A stretch of 60,541 nucleotides of DNA, counting the filler. It is 5 parts of 5 records of this genome, joined end to end, with 100 filler letters (N's around TTAATTAATTAA, not from the genome) between each part and the next. Parts side by side here need not be neighbours in the genome. Positions count along the whole stretch, not along the records: positions 40,655 to 55,230 come from SRR31156797_3790; positions 55,331 to 60,541 come from SRR31156797_3794; 3 more parts are not named here. One strand, written 5' to 3'. Positions 49,930 to 59,266 of the stretch are shown here, one piece after another. Under the pieces are notes generated by a model. It was not told the DNA's origin. It did no database searches and was given only the letters and a program-made list of their open reading frames with translations. A program made the position numbers and the translations under genes. Numbering within the stretch: the stretch's first letter is position 1; each line of letters opens with the position of its first letter.

Positions 49930-50934
49930 TTATCCCTTCTTACCCGTAAGAGGGAAAATGGGCGCCTCGATTCGAACCGCCCTGTTCCCCCCCAATATGC
50001 CTGCGGAACCAAGAAATTTGGGTACATTTTCCACAAAAACCGGAATGGAATCGGACGGTCCCGTATCCAGCAGAATCAAATCCCCTTTCTGGATGTTCAG
50101 AATATCCCCGATATTTTGCGTAATCTTCCCGATTCTGGCGGTAACCTTAACCCGGGTATTATTTAATATCTCCTGTATCTTTGAACCCCACATGTTTTCC
50201 ATCTCGGAATCTCTTAAATGTTTATAAGAAAGTTTGTCTCTAATGGGCTCCAGCAGCAGGTACGGGATACACAACCACATTCTCGCGTTAAATCCCTCGA
50301 TGGATATGGTAAAAAGGACCACAACGACAATATCATTGGGCGCCACCAACCGAATAAATTGTGGTTTTGTTTCGCTTTTTCCGATGGAGATCTTAATCTG
50401 TTCCACAAAAGACCAGGCTTTTTCCAGTTCCTTCAGGACATCCGTTGAAAATTTTCGCATCACCCGCTGTTCAATGACCGTAAAATCCCTCTGCTGTTTA
50501 ATTTCCAACAATCCGGTTCCGCCGAACATACAATCAATCAGGAAGAATACAAGCCTCGACTCAATAACCAAAAGGCCTGAACCGATAAGCGGGTCCATAC
50601 GAAAGGTATGAAGGCTTGTGGGGTTATCAATCCCCTGCATAAATTCACCGAATTTGACGGTTTCGGTGGCGGTTAACTCCGCATCAATGGGCATCCGCAG
50701 CATGGTGGTGACAGAGATCCGTAAAGAATTGGCGAATCGATCATGAATTTCATCAAGAACATCAAAATGTTCCCGCATCATGATATTGGGACTGGTCAAA
50801 TCATAGGTTGAAAATTCTTCAGCGGACGACGCAACGTCGTCTTGCACCCCATCACTTTCAAAATCAATCTGACCATCTGCCATTGAAGACAGAAGCGCAT
50901 CCACCTCTTCCTGACTTAATATCTGATCAGCCAT
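49930..50934 (-). CDS. fliM: C-ring protein FliM
   Basis: ILSQEEVDALL CheY-binding peptide, RDFTVIE, CIPY..LEPI. Confidence 0.95.
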   Translation of the reverse strand: MADQILSQEEVDALLSSMADGQIDFESDGVQDDVASSAEEFSTYDLTSPNIMMREHFDVLDEIHDRFANSLRISVTTMLRMPIDAELTATETVKFGEFMQGIDNPTSLHTFRMDPLIGSGLLVIESRLVFFLIDCMFGGTGLLEIKQQRDFTVIEQRVMRKFSTDVLKELEKAWSFVEQIKISIGKSETKPQFIRLVAPNDIVVVVLFTISIEGFNARMWLCIPYLLLEPIRDKLSYKHLRDSEMENMWGSKIQEILNNTRVKVTARIGKITQNIGDILNIQKGDLILLDTGPSDSIPVFVENVPKFLGSAGILGGNRAVRIEAPIFPLTGKKG

Positions 50935-50946
50935 GTTACCGCCCTT

Positions 50947-51408
50947 TTATTGGACAACAAATTCCTCGAAATAAAGATTACTGATTTTCCCCTCTTTCAA
51001 TAGTGAATTCAGCCCGTTCATAATTTCCTTTTTCAGCGCCATTTTCCCTTCATATGTCTTGATGTCATTAAATGTTTTTGATGGGAGAATCATCAGAATC
51101 TTATCACTCACACGCGGAAGATTTTCTTCGATTTCCGATGCAAGATCCATGTTGCTCAACTCAAGCACTATTCCCACCCGCAGATAGCGCTTTTCGCCGG
51201 TATCGGCAAGATTGACCACGAATGTTTTTAGGGGAAAAACCTTTTTCTTTCCCGTCAACAGGACACTTTCTTCACTCTTTTCAGGGGATGCGGTCGCGTT
51301 GCTTTTCGAGTCGGAAAGTTTCCCCCAAAGCACAAAGAAAGCGATACCGATCCCGATCATGATAAGAAGGAAGACAACGGCAACAATCACGAGGGTCCTT
51401 TTCGACAT
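50947..51408 (-). CDS. fliL: Stator-associated FliL
   Basis: N-terminal TM, TFVVNLAD..RYL, LYF.EFVVQ. Confidence 0.93.
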   Translation of the reverse strand: MSKRTLVIVAVVFLLIMIGIGIAFFVLWGKLSDSKSNATASPEKSEESVLLTGKKKVFPLKTFVVNLADTGEKRYLRVGIVLELSNMDLASEIEENLPRVSDKILMILPSKTFNDIKTYEGKMALKKEIMNGLNSLLKEGKISNLYFEEFVVQ

Positions 51409-51409
51409 C

Positions 51410-52153
51410 CTATTTCCCCTTGTCTTTAAGCAGAACAATTTCCACACGCCTGTTCAAATGTCTGTGTTCAGACGTATGGTTGGCTTTGATGGGCCGGGAT
51501 TCTCCATATCCCACGGCCGAAAGCCTGCGCGGATAAACATTCATGCGGTCCGATAGAAACTTTACAATGTTGACGGCACGTGCAGCCGACAGTTCCCAAT
51601 TGGAAGGAAAAGCCTCGGTGGCAATGGGTACATTATCCGTGTGGCCTTCGACACGGACCCGATTTGGCAGTTGACTGATCAGGTTCCCGATCTTCTTGAG
51701 CAATGAAAAACCACCGGGGTTAATCATTGCGCTGCCCGAATCGAAAAAGATATTGCCTGCAATCCGGATAACCATGCCTTTTTCGGCATTTTCCGTTTCC
51801 ACATCCGGTAGTGAATCAATTTTTTCAATCATGTCCCGCATGGCTTCGGGAACAGCCTCCTTCCGGAGCTTGCCGCCGGACATGACCTGCGGCCTTGTGG
51901 CCTCAATTAAGCCCACATTCCCGTCGCTTTTCTTGTCCAGCGCACCAAATCCTTGAATGATGGCGGACCTGAATTGCTTTATTTTTTCCATATCACCTTT
52001 GCTCATGGCAAAAACGAGAACGAAAAAAACCATCATCAAGGTAATCAGATCATTGAAGGTTATCAGCCATCTGGCATTGGATGGCCTGCTGATTCTTCCC
52101 CGGCCGCGGACCCGTTGATCCACTGATTCATCCCCAATCCGTCTACGTCTCAT
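51410..52153 (-). CDS. motB: Stator subunit MotB/PomB (Asp retained)
   Basis: WLITFNDLITL TM; OmpA-like VEGHTDN, SNWELSAARA, NRRVEI. Confidence 0.93.
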   Translation of the reverse strand: MRRRRIGDESVDQRVRGRGRISRPSNARWLITFNDLITLMMVFFVLVFAMSKGDMEKIKQFRSAIIQGFGALDKKSDGNVGLIEATRPQVMSGGKLRKEAVPEAMRDMIEKIDSLPDVETENAEKGMVIRIAGNIFFDSGSAMINPGGFSLLKKIGNLISQLPNRVRVEGHTDNVPIATEAFPSNWELSAARAVNIVKFLSDRMNVYPRRLSAVGYGESRPIKANHTSEHRHLNRRVEIVLLKDKGK

Positions 52154-52866
52154 TTATAGGAAAAGACAAACTCAACCCGCCTGTTCTTGGTCCGATGGTC
52201 AGGTGTATCGTTTGGGTAAATGGGTTGAAATTCACCAAATCCTGCGGCTGAAAGCATTTTCGGATCACATTTTCCGCTGGAGATGACATACCTTAACACA
52301 TTGACAGCCCTTGCGGTCGATAGTTCCCAATTGGATGGGAAACCGGGTGTGTGAATCGGCAGATTATCGGCGTGTCCTTCAATTCGAACCTCATGGGGGG
52401 CCTCAGCCAGGACATCGACGATTTTATCCAACAGGGGCTTGGCTGTCGGTGAAATTTCGGCAACACCGAGGCCGAAAAGCGATGTATCCGAAAGGCGCAT
52501 CACAAGACCTTCGCCGGAAAAAGAGATTGAAATATTATCCTCCAAACCGAAGGTATTCTCAATGTTAACCAGCTTTTCGAATATGGGTCCCAGCCTTTTT
52601 TGATCCGCCCGAAAATCCGAAGATGCATCGCTCATATCACCTTTGGTTTGGAAACCGAATCCCCCTTTCAAAACATCAATTGAATGGGTAAATGATCTTA
52701 CGAATTTTTCCATTCTTGTTGCTTCAACATTGGAAAAAGCACACATCATGACAAAAAAACTTAATAGAATGAGAATAAAACCCGAATAGACCATTTCCCA
52801 TCCGCCACCGGAGGGTTCATCACGTCCGATTTTCGTATCACATCTTGAAATGCCCATGCTTTCCAT
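52150..52866 (-). CDS. motB: MotB paralog lacking the conserved TM Asp
   Basis: TM reads WEMVYSGFILILLSFF; OmpA-like IEGHADN, SNWELSTARA, NRRVEF intact. Confidence 0.88.
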   Translation of the reverse strand: MESMGISRCDTKIGRDEPSGGGWEMVYSGFILILLSFFVMMCAFSNVEATRMEKFVRSFTHSIDVLKGGFGFQTKGDMSDASSDFRADQKRLGPIFEKLVNIENTFGLEDNISISFSGEGLVMRLSDTSLFGLGVAEISPTAKPLLDKIVDVLAEAPHEVRIEGHADNLPIHTPGFPSNWELSTARAVNVLRYVISSGKCDPKMLSAAGFGEFQPIYPNDTPDHRTKNRRVEFVFSYK

Positions 52867-53653
52867 TATTCATCCTCTTTTTCAGGATCTCTGGTATCTC
52901 AACCGCCCTTTTATTGTGTGGCAAAAAAGCTTTGAGCTTCTGTTCGATAATGCGGTGGCTTTCACCGGCCTGTATGGCCATGAGTCCTTCCAGAACCAGA
53001 TCCTTAATCAGAATCTCCTGTCTGCTGCGGGTCTTCAGTTTTGCGGCAATGGGCATCAGCAGCAAATTGGCCAGGACCGTCCCATAGAAAGTCGTCAGTA
53101 ACGCCACGGCCATGGGCGGCCCGATTTTGCTGGGATCATCCATCTGCATCAACATCTGCACCAGCCCGATGATGGTCCCCATCAAACCCACAGCCGGTGC
53201 GTAAGCGGCCATGGTCGTAAATATCTCGGCACCCAGGTAGTGACGTTCTTCCACATACAGAATCTCCGTGGTCAGGACTTCTTTGATGGATGTGGATTCC
53301 ACGCCGTCAATGGCCAGGGAGAGTCCTTTTGAGAAAAAGGGATCGTCAATTTCATGCATTCTGGATTCAAAGGCCAAAATGCCTTCCCGTCGGGCCAGTT
53401 TTCCAAACTCAACCATTTTTTCAATGATTTCCAAAGCAGGCTTGGTTCGGTGAAAAAAAACATTTTTCACGACTTTAAACACACCCAGTACCTGGGTGAT
53501 GGGATAGCTCAAAAGCGTCGCTCCCACTGTCCCACCAATGACAATCATGAGGGATGGAACACTGATAAACCACGCGGGCGACCCCCCCAAAACAATCGCA
53601 CTGATAACGAGTGCCCCGGCCATGAGAATGCCGACAATCGTCGCAATATCCAT
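52838..53653 (-). CDS. motA: Stator subunit MotA/PomA
   Basis: MDIATIVG with GGAGG RBS, ARREGILAFE, PAVGLMGT.IGLV.ML, IGPPMAVALLTTFYG. Confidence 0.96.
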   Translation of the reverse strand: MDIATIVGILMAGALVISAIVLGGSPAWFISVPSLMIVIGGTVGATLLSYPITQVLGVFKVVKNVFFHRTKPALEIIEKMVEFGKLARREGILAFESRMHEIDDPFFSKGLSLAIDGVESTSIKEVLTTEILYVEERHYLGAEIFTTMAAYAPAVGLMGTIIGLVQMLMQMDDPSKIGPPMAVALLTTFYGTVLANLLLMPIAAKLKTRSRQEILIKDLVLEGLMAIQAGESHRIIEQKLKAFLPHNKRAVEIPEILKKRMNNGKHGHFKM

Positions 53654-53688
53654 TTTCACCTCCGCTGTTTTCAACAGCTTAAGACTGA

Positions 53689-53705
53689 AGCAAACATTGT
53701 GCCAT
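53689..53705 (-). promoter_or_regulatory. Sigma-54 promoter of motA operon
   Basis: TGGCAC-AATGT-TTGCT, a perfect consensus match 35 nt upstream of the ATG. Confidence 0.85.
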
Positions 53706-53904
53706 ATTTGCCACAACCGTCCAACCGCAAGGACGGGGCATGGCAGCATTTTTAAACATTAAGTTATCTTAGCTACTTAACATTGAAACCATGGATTTCA
53801 TGCGTAGCATGGCTGGAAAAATACGGGTTGAAAAAAAGGATTGCGGTGGCGGACAGTGTCAATGGTAGAGAAGGGTGGTCACAACTTTGACGTTTAAGGG
53901 ATCA

Positions 53905-53957
53905 AAAAGGAGCCGGTTCCGCCGGGGCGCCTTGTGCGGCCCCGGACGGAAACCCGC
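53905..53957 (-). terminator. Terminator after flgE
   Basis: GC-rich stem TTCCG.CCGGGGC...GCCCCGG.CGGAA followed by CCTTTTTG on the minus strand. Confidence 0.65.
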
Positions 53958-53968
53958 GCAAAGAAAGG

Positions 53969-55230
53969 TTATCGTTTGAGATTAATGAGTTCTTGTAATA
54001 TGTCGGAACTGGTAGTGATCACCCGGGAGTTGGCCTGATAGGCCCTCTGGATGGTGATCATGTTGACGAATTCTTCAGCCAGATCCACATTGGACAATTC
54101 CAGGGATCCGGGGCTGATGGTCCCGCGATTGCCGGAACCCGGTTCACCGAACATGGCGGCACCGGATTCGTCGGTTGCCGTGAACACGTTGGTGCCTTTC
54201 AGGGAGAGGCCATCGTAATTCTGAAACGACGCCACACCCACCTGGTACAGGTCCTTGGTGGCACCGTTTGAAAAGGTTCCCGTAATGATCCCGTCCTCAT
54301 CCACCGAGAGTTCATTCAGGCTTCCCGAGGTGTAACCGTCCTGGATCTGGTAGGTGACCTCCGAAAGTCCCGAAAAACCGGTCACGCTGGTGGTAATGGA
54401 CAGATCCCACTCAATGTTGAGATCCGCGGCACCGCTGTTCAGGTCCGTCACGATAATTTTCGGGTTGCCGCCGTCCCTGAGGTTATCGGTGCTTCCCGAA
54501 GCGTCCGTCCAGGTGCTTTTTACCCGGTCCAGCTGTCCACTGGAATCAAACCGAAGGACACCGCTGATATCATCCACGCTCCCTTCGGAGGATCGGATGT
54601 TCCAGGACCACTGGGAAAGGGTGTTCAAATTCCCGTCTTCATCCAGCTCCAGCACCGGATCAAAGATGTAATCCACCGTCAAATCGATCTGATTGCCCAG
54701 GGAATCAAAGACTCCGATGGTATTGGAATAATCTTTCGGTTCCCCGCCGCCGTTGAGGCTCACCGGCGCGGACACTTCGATCAGCCCGGTGCCGTCCCCG
54801 CTGGCAATGGCGTTAACCTGGGCCGTGGGAATGGTGGAGGGAGACTTCCCGTCCTCAAGATTGGATTTAGCGACCACCTCATAGGGGACCTCTCCGCTAC
54901 CCCCCGCAATGGCGGTGACCAGGGCCGATGCAGCCGTATGGTCATTGATAAGTGCCGCAATATCCATGGCCGAGCACCCCTCTTCCAGGGTGACGGTGAT
55001 CACATCCGAAGCAACGGACACACCCAGTTCGGTGCCGGTCGTATATTCAATCTGAATCTCTTCCCCATCCGAACCGGCCTCATCGGCCACAAAGAGGACC
55101 GCAGCATCACCTTCTCCCACGGTTTTGCCGGCACGGCCGTCCAGCAAATAGTCCGGACCGGTCGCCAGCTGACCTGCACCACCCGTCAGGTTGGTTGCCA
55201 AAACGGATTCATCGGCTACCGCTGTCGTGC
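53969..55230 (-). CDS. flgE: Flagellar hook protein with enlarged outer domains, 5'-truncated
   Basis: VFDSLGN, QDGY.SG.L, G.FSNG, LELSNVDLAEEFVNMI..QRAYQANSRVITTS...LINLKR. Confidence 0.95.
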
Positions 55231-55330
55231 NNNNNNNNNNNNNNNNNNNNNNNNNNNNNNNNNNNNNNNNNNNNTTAATTAATTAANNNNNNNNNNNNNN
55301 NNNNNNNNNNNNNNNNNNNNNNNNNNNNNN
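55231..55330. other. Artificial contig spacer
   Basis: N-run with TTAATTAATTAA at 55275-55286. Confidence 0.99.
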
Positions 55331-56148
55331 TCATCTTCAATTACCCACTGAATAAAAGGCTCACACACTACAGGCCATTGATCTTCTACCTGAAATTCTT
55401 CTTTTAACCTTTCAATATCAGCAGCAACAGTAACCGGAGTAATTCTGTCGACCATTGAATTTGGGAAAGAAATGTTCTCTTCTATCCATGAGAGCATCTC
55501 AGGTTCTGCTTTAGAAACATAATCGCAAAGTGCTTTTTTTGCCACTTTACCATTTTCCTGAATATTATCACACGATTGAATCGTACACCCTTTTACTCCG
55601 CGTTTCATCCGTAGTTTCATTGCCTGTGCCAGGTACCCAAAAACGGTCTTTGGCGACATCGGATTTTTCATATCTTCAACAATAACAGGATTACTAAAAT
55701 CGAATTCTCCTGTTGCTTCATTCAAATTATAGCCACCTTCAGTAATCGTAAGAGAAATTATTTTTATGGCTGGGTCGGCCATTTTTTCTATTACTGCTAT
55801 GGGATTTTCAGGTGCAAAAATATATTCAACAATAGACCCAATTATTCTTGCACTTACAGAACCGTCCAACTCTTTGGTCATTAAAGTATAAAGTCCATCC
55901 TGATCTTTTAGAATATTATAAATCCTTCGGTCGTAATCCAATAGCCCAACGCCGCATATTCCACAATCTAATTCACCGTAATGCTCCATTAACTGATTTG
56001 TATAAAAAGCTTCATGTGAACGATGAAAGTTTCCAACCCCAATATGAACAATGCTTGTAATAACTTTATCCCTGTCATACGACGGAACAATTACATTAGA
56101 CGACATCAAACTTAAATTCTCCTGGTTTAGTGATAATAAAGTTTTCAT
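55331..56148 (-). CDS. Mannitol 2-dehydrogenase-family polyol dehydrogenase, 3'-truncated
   Basis: IVHIGVGNFHRSHEA, QDGLYT, SLTITEGGY, SCDN, FPNSMVDRITP, CEPFIQWVIED. Start MKTLL at 56148. Confidence 0.93.
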
Positions 56149-56186
56149 GATAATTTGTTGATGGTTGTAATATAGATTTAAGCTAT

Positions 56187-57899
56187 TTATTTTATAAGTG
56201 CTTTTTTCCTGCGAAGGCTCCAGTAAGCAAAAAGAAAATACCCAATTGTACAAATGAAAGTGAACTTCCGGAATATCTCTTTATTGGAATTATAAATTTC
56301 CATATCCTGACTTCCGAACATAGTTTTTATTGCCAGAACTGCAATTACACTCAAACAAACTACCGATAAAATATTTAATATTTTTGAAAACAGAGATGTG
56401 TCTTTATGTTGTACTTTTTCTGTTTTTGCTTTTTCTTCCTGAAAAATTAATATCTCATGCTGCAGTTGTTTTTCATCCTGTATTTCCTGCTCATAACTAT
56501 TATTTGCACCGCTGTATTTTGCCATTAAAGTATATAGTGCAATTGTGAAAAACCAGGTTGGAATCCATAAGTAGTAAAACGACATCACGTTTAGTGCATT
56601 TAATCCGAATCCCAGCACCAATCCTGCGCCCCATGCAATAATTGCAGGCTTGCTTGTTACCAGTTTTTTATAGTAAACCCAATATCTGGCAAAACCTATT
56701 TTGGGGAAAATGAAATGTTCGGTAAAAACGATAGCACCAACCGGAACCACCAATAATCCTGCATAAGTTAGCAGCGGCAGCATATTTGCAAATACAAATG
56801 GAAAACAGGCAATAATTATTGTAAAAATACCAACTGTAAGTGTACTGCTTTTTCTGGAATGATTTTTAAAAATTGCCTGTGCGGCCAATCCTGCCCTGTA
56901 TAAATTTGCATTTGCCGTTGTCCAGCCTGCAACCAAAACAATTACAAAACCTGAAGCTCCTAAAGCATAATATGCAACATCTCCCGGGTCTAATTCAACA
57001 ACCGGCTTTTGTAAAAGCACACCTGCTCCAGCCCCCATAATCCCCGCTGCTATCCAGGCAATATAATGCCCGAAAAGCATTCCGAAACCGGAATAAGCAC
57101 CATAGCTCGATTTTTTAGCAAAACGAAAAATTGCCATATCGATAAGGCCAACATGTGTAATTGTATTTGCGGCCCAGGCAAATCCAATCACTTCCAGTAA
57201 TCCTATTCCAGGCTCGCCGGTATTTGTAACACCTTTCCAAATTGAATGATCGCCAATTAAAATAAACTCTTTTAAACTTGAAACAGATGTTGAACCAATA
57301 ACAGAATAAGAAAGAGCTGGTAACAGTGCAAATGCCCCTGCCACAAACATGGTCATTAGCCAGGGAGCACATATACTTGAAAAATCGGCCACCGTATTAA
57401 AACCATAAGTAGCCACTAAAACAACAACAATTCCAACTATTATCACAATAAGTATAAACCACACATTTGTTGAATACCAGTTTAATTGCGCCGGAATGTT
57501 AAAAAGGAAACGAACCGCGGAAGAGGAAACTGTAATCATGGCGGCAGATATAACCGTAAAAATTATGGTATTTGCCCAGTTGTACAGCTTAGTCATTGAA
57601 TCGCCTGCAATTTTATTCAGGTAGGTATACAAGCTCATTCTGGTTTGAACGGCAATTGGAGCCGTTAAAAAAGTCCAGCTTAAAACAGCCAGAATATTTC
57701 CAATTAATAATCCCAGTATTATATCGCGCGTACCCGCTCCCAAAGAAACAAAAGTAGCACCAATTACAAACTCAGTAGCTGCAACATGTTCTCCTGCATA
57801 TAATCCGGCAAAATGCTTTCCTCCATGAAGTTTATTTTTTGCCACCGGCAACTGCTCTTCGTCAATATTTGTAAAATTATAGTTTTGTTTTTTTGTCAT
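56187..57899 (-). CDS. NCS1 / purine-cytosine permease-family transporter
   Basis: About 14 hydrophobic segments, FAGLYAGEHVAATEFVIG, GLLIGN, AGWTTAN.NLY, PVGAI...EH. Confidence 0.8.
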   Translation of the reverse strand: MTKKQNYNFTNIDEEQLPVAKNKLHGGKHFAGLYAGEHVAATEFVIGATFVSLGAGTRDIILGLLIGNILAVLSWTFLTAPIAVQTRMSLYTYLNKIAGDSMTKLYNWANTIIFTVISAAMITVSSSAVRFLFNIPAQLNWYSTNVWFILIVIIVGIVVVLVATYGFNTVADFSSICAPWLMTMFVAGAFALLPALSYSVIGSTSVSSLKEFILIGDHSIWKGVTNTGEPGIGLLEVIGFAWAANTITHVGLIDMAIFRFAKKSSYGAYSGFGMLFGHYIAWIAAGIMGAGAGVLLQKPVVELDPGDVAYYALGASGFVIVLVAGWTTANANLYRAGLAAQAIFKNHSRKSSTLTVGIFTIIIACFPFVFANMLPLLTYAGLLVVPVGAIVFTEHFIFPKIGFARYWVYYKKLVTSKPAIIAWGAGLVLGFGLNALNVMSFYYLWIPTWFFTIALYTLMAKYSGANNSYEQEIQDEKQLQHEILIFQEEKAKTEKVQHKDTSLFSKILNILSVVCLSVIAVLAIKTMFGSQDMEIYNSNKEIFRKFTFICTIGYFLFAYWSLRRKKALIK

Positions 57900-58103
57900 A
57901 TAAATTATAATAATATCATTTAAAATCCATCAACACACTTTTGATTCAACAGGAAACTTATAATTATATATACTAAGCAATAATCTTTCTTCTAACCAAA
58001 TAAACGTACATTCCATCCACTTCTAAAACTGTATATAAAATCATATTTCTAAAATTCAATCTTCAATAATCTAATGATTGTATTTTGACTAAACACAAAC
58101 AAT

Positions 58104-58122
58104 AAACGTACTTTTAACGTTT
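58104..58122. promoter_or_regulatory. Palindromic operator 1 (AAACGT-N7-ACGTTT)
   Basis: AAACGTACTTTTAACGTTT, just downstream of the minus-strand -7 element TACATTTG (58131-58138). Confidence 0.7.
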
Positions 58123-58268
58123 TGCTACAACAAATGTAAAATTGTTATCGATAAAATCAAATAAATAAACATATTTTTACAACTCTCTTAAAAACAATTA
58201 GCTGCCAAGCAACTAATTATTTGTTTTCTTGTCACACTCTATCTAAAATTTTCACAAAAAACTATTAA

Positions 58269-58287
58269 CAACGTATTAAAAACGTTT
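58269..58287. promoter_or_regulatory. Palindromic operator 2
   Basis: CAACGTATTAAAAACGTTT. Confidence 0.7.
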
Positions 58288-58370
58288 GCACTAAAGCCCA
58301 AATAACCTGAATAAATGAAAGAACATAAAATCTTAAAAGAAGAATTGTATATTTGTTTTAAAAATAGGAA

Positions 58371-58389
58371 CAACGTTATTTATACGTTT
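58371..58389. promoter_or_regulatory. Palindromic operator 3
   Basis: CAACGTTATTTATACGTTT, between the -7 element TATATTTG (58348-58355) and the regulator ATG. Confidence 0.7.
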
Positions 58390-58396
58390 AAACATT

Positions 58397-59119
58397 ATGG
58401 ATTTTAGAAGAATTTCAAATATTTCAGTTGAATGCGTAATCTTTGGACTCGACACAGAAGGATTAAAGATTCTTTTATCGAAAAGACACCTAAACATGTT
58501 CGACGAAAAATATCCGATTATCAACGATTGGATTTTAACGGGCCAGCATATTCTTAAAAGTGAAAAACTTGACGAATCGGCCGATCGGATTTTTAAAGAA
58601 TTCACAGGACTGGAACAAATTCACAAGAAACAGTTCAGAACATTTGGCAATCCGGAACGAATAAAAAATAGCAAAGATTTAATTTGGCTGAAAAGCAAAG
58701 GAGTTAATCCAAGAACAATGTCGATTGCCTATTATTTTCTTCTTCCTGCAAACAAAATTAAAACCAACAAAAGTCACCTTAAATGGTTTCAATTAAAAAA
58801 TCCACCCGAATTAGGATTTGATCACCTGGAAATAATTACAAAAACACACAACGAACTTCAACAAAAAAGTGGAATTGAACCATTAATATTTGAATTACTT
58901 CCCGACAAGTTTACGCTAAATGAGCTACAATTTGCACATGAAGCTGTTTTCGAAATAAAAATTGACAACAGAAATTTCAGAAAAAAAGCCCTCGGAAAAA
59001 CATACATTGTTGGCCTTGACGAAAAAAGAACCGGGAACTCAAAAAAACCATCCAACCTTTTTATGTTCAGCAAAGATGTTTACAAAAAGACAGCCGATAA
59101 TAACATTATCAATTTCTAA
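58397..59119 (+). CDS. NrtR-family regulator (degenerate Nudix plus winged HTH)
   Basis: ISVECVIFG, QFRTFGNPER, LGFDH..I, FELLP.KFTL.ELQ, D.RNFRKK. Confidence 0.9.
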   Translation: MDFRRISNISVECVIFGLDTEGLKILLSKRHLNMFDEKYPIINDWILTGQHILKSEKLDESADRIFKEFTGLEQIHKKQFRTFGNPERIKNSKDLIWLKSKGVNPRTMSIAYYFLLPANKIKTNKSHLKWFQLKNPPELGFDHLEIITKTHNELQQKSGIEPLIFELLPDKFTLNELQFAHEAVFEIKIDNRNFRKKALGKTYIVGLDEKRTGNSKKPSNLFMFSKDVYKKTADNNIINF

Positions 59120-59266
59120 ATCTCCTAAAATTCAACGCAATAAATATTTATTCTAACCCGTTTACCGACTAAAACAAACCCAAAGCACAAACCGTGTAGT
59201 ATAAACAACTATTGCCTATATTGAATTTAATTTGTAGTTTGTGCCTCGGATTTTAATCCAGAAACA

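Noticed and set aside
53654-53749. N-terminal extensions in the ORF track for motA (also fliA, flhB, fliL, korC, tctC, the sigma-54 regulator and mannitol DH)
   Set aside because: They overlap promoters, terminators or neighbouring genes, and downstream ATGs fit the RBS and family N-termini.
14240-55330. Repeated TTAATTAATTAA inside N-runs, and apparent gene neighbourhoods across them (for example T2SS beside the flagellar cluster, or porP with the T9SS proteases)
   Set aside because: These are artificial concatenation linkers. Adjacency across them has no biological meaning.
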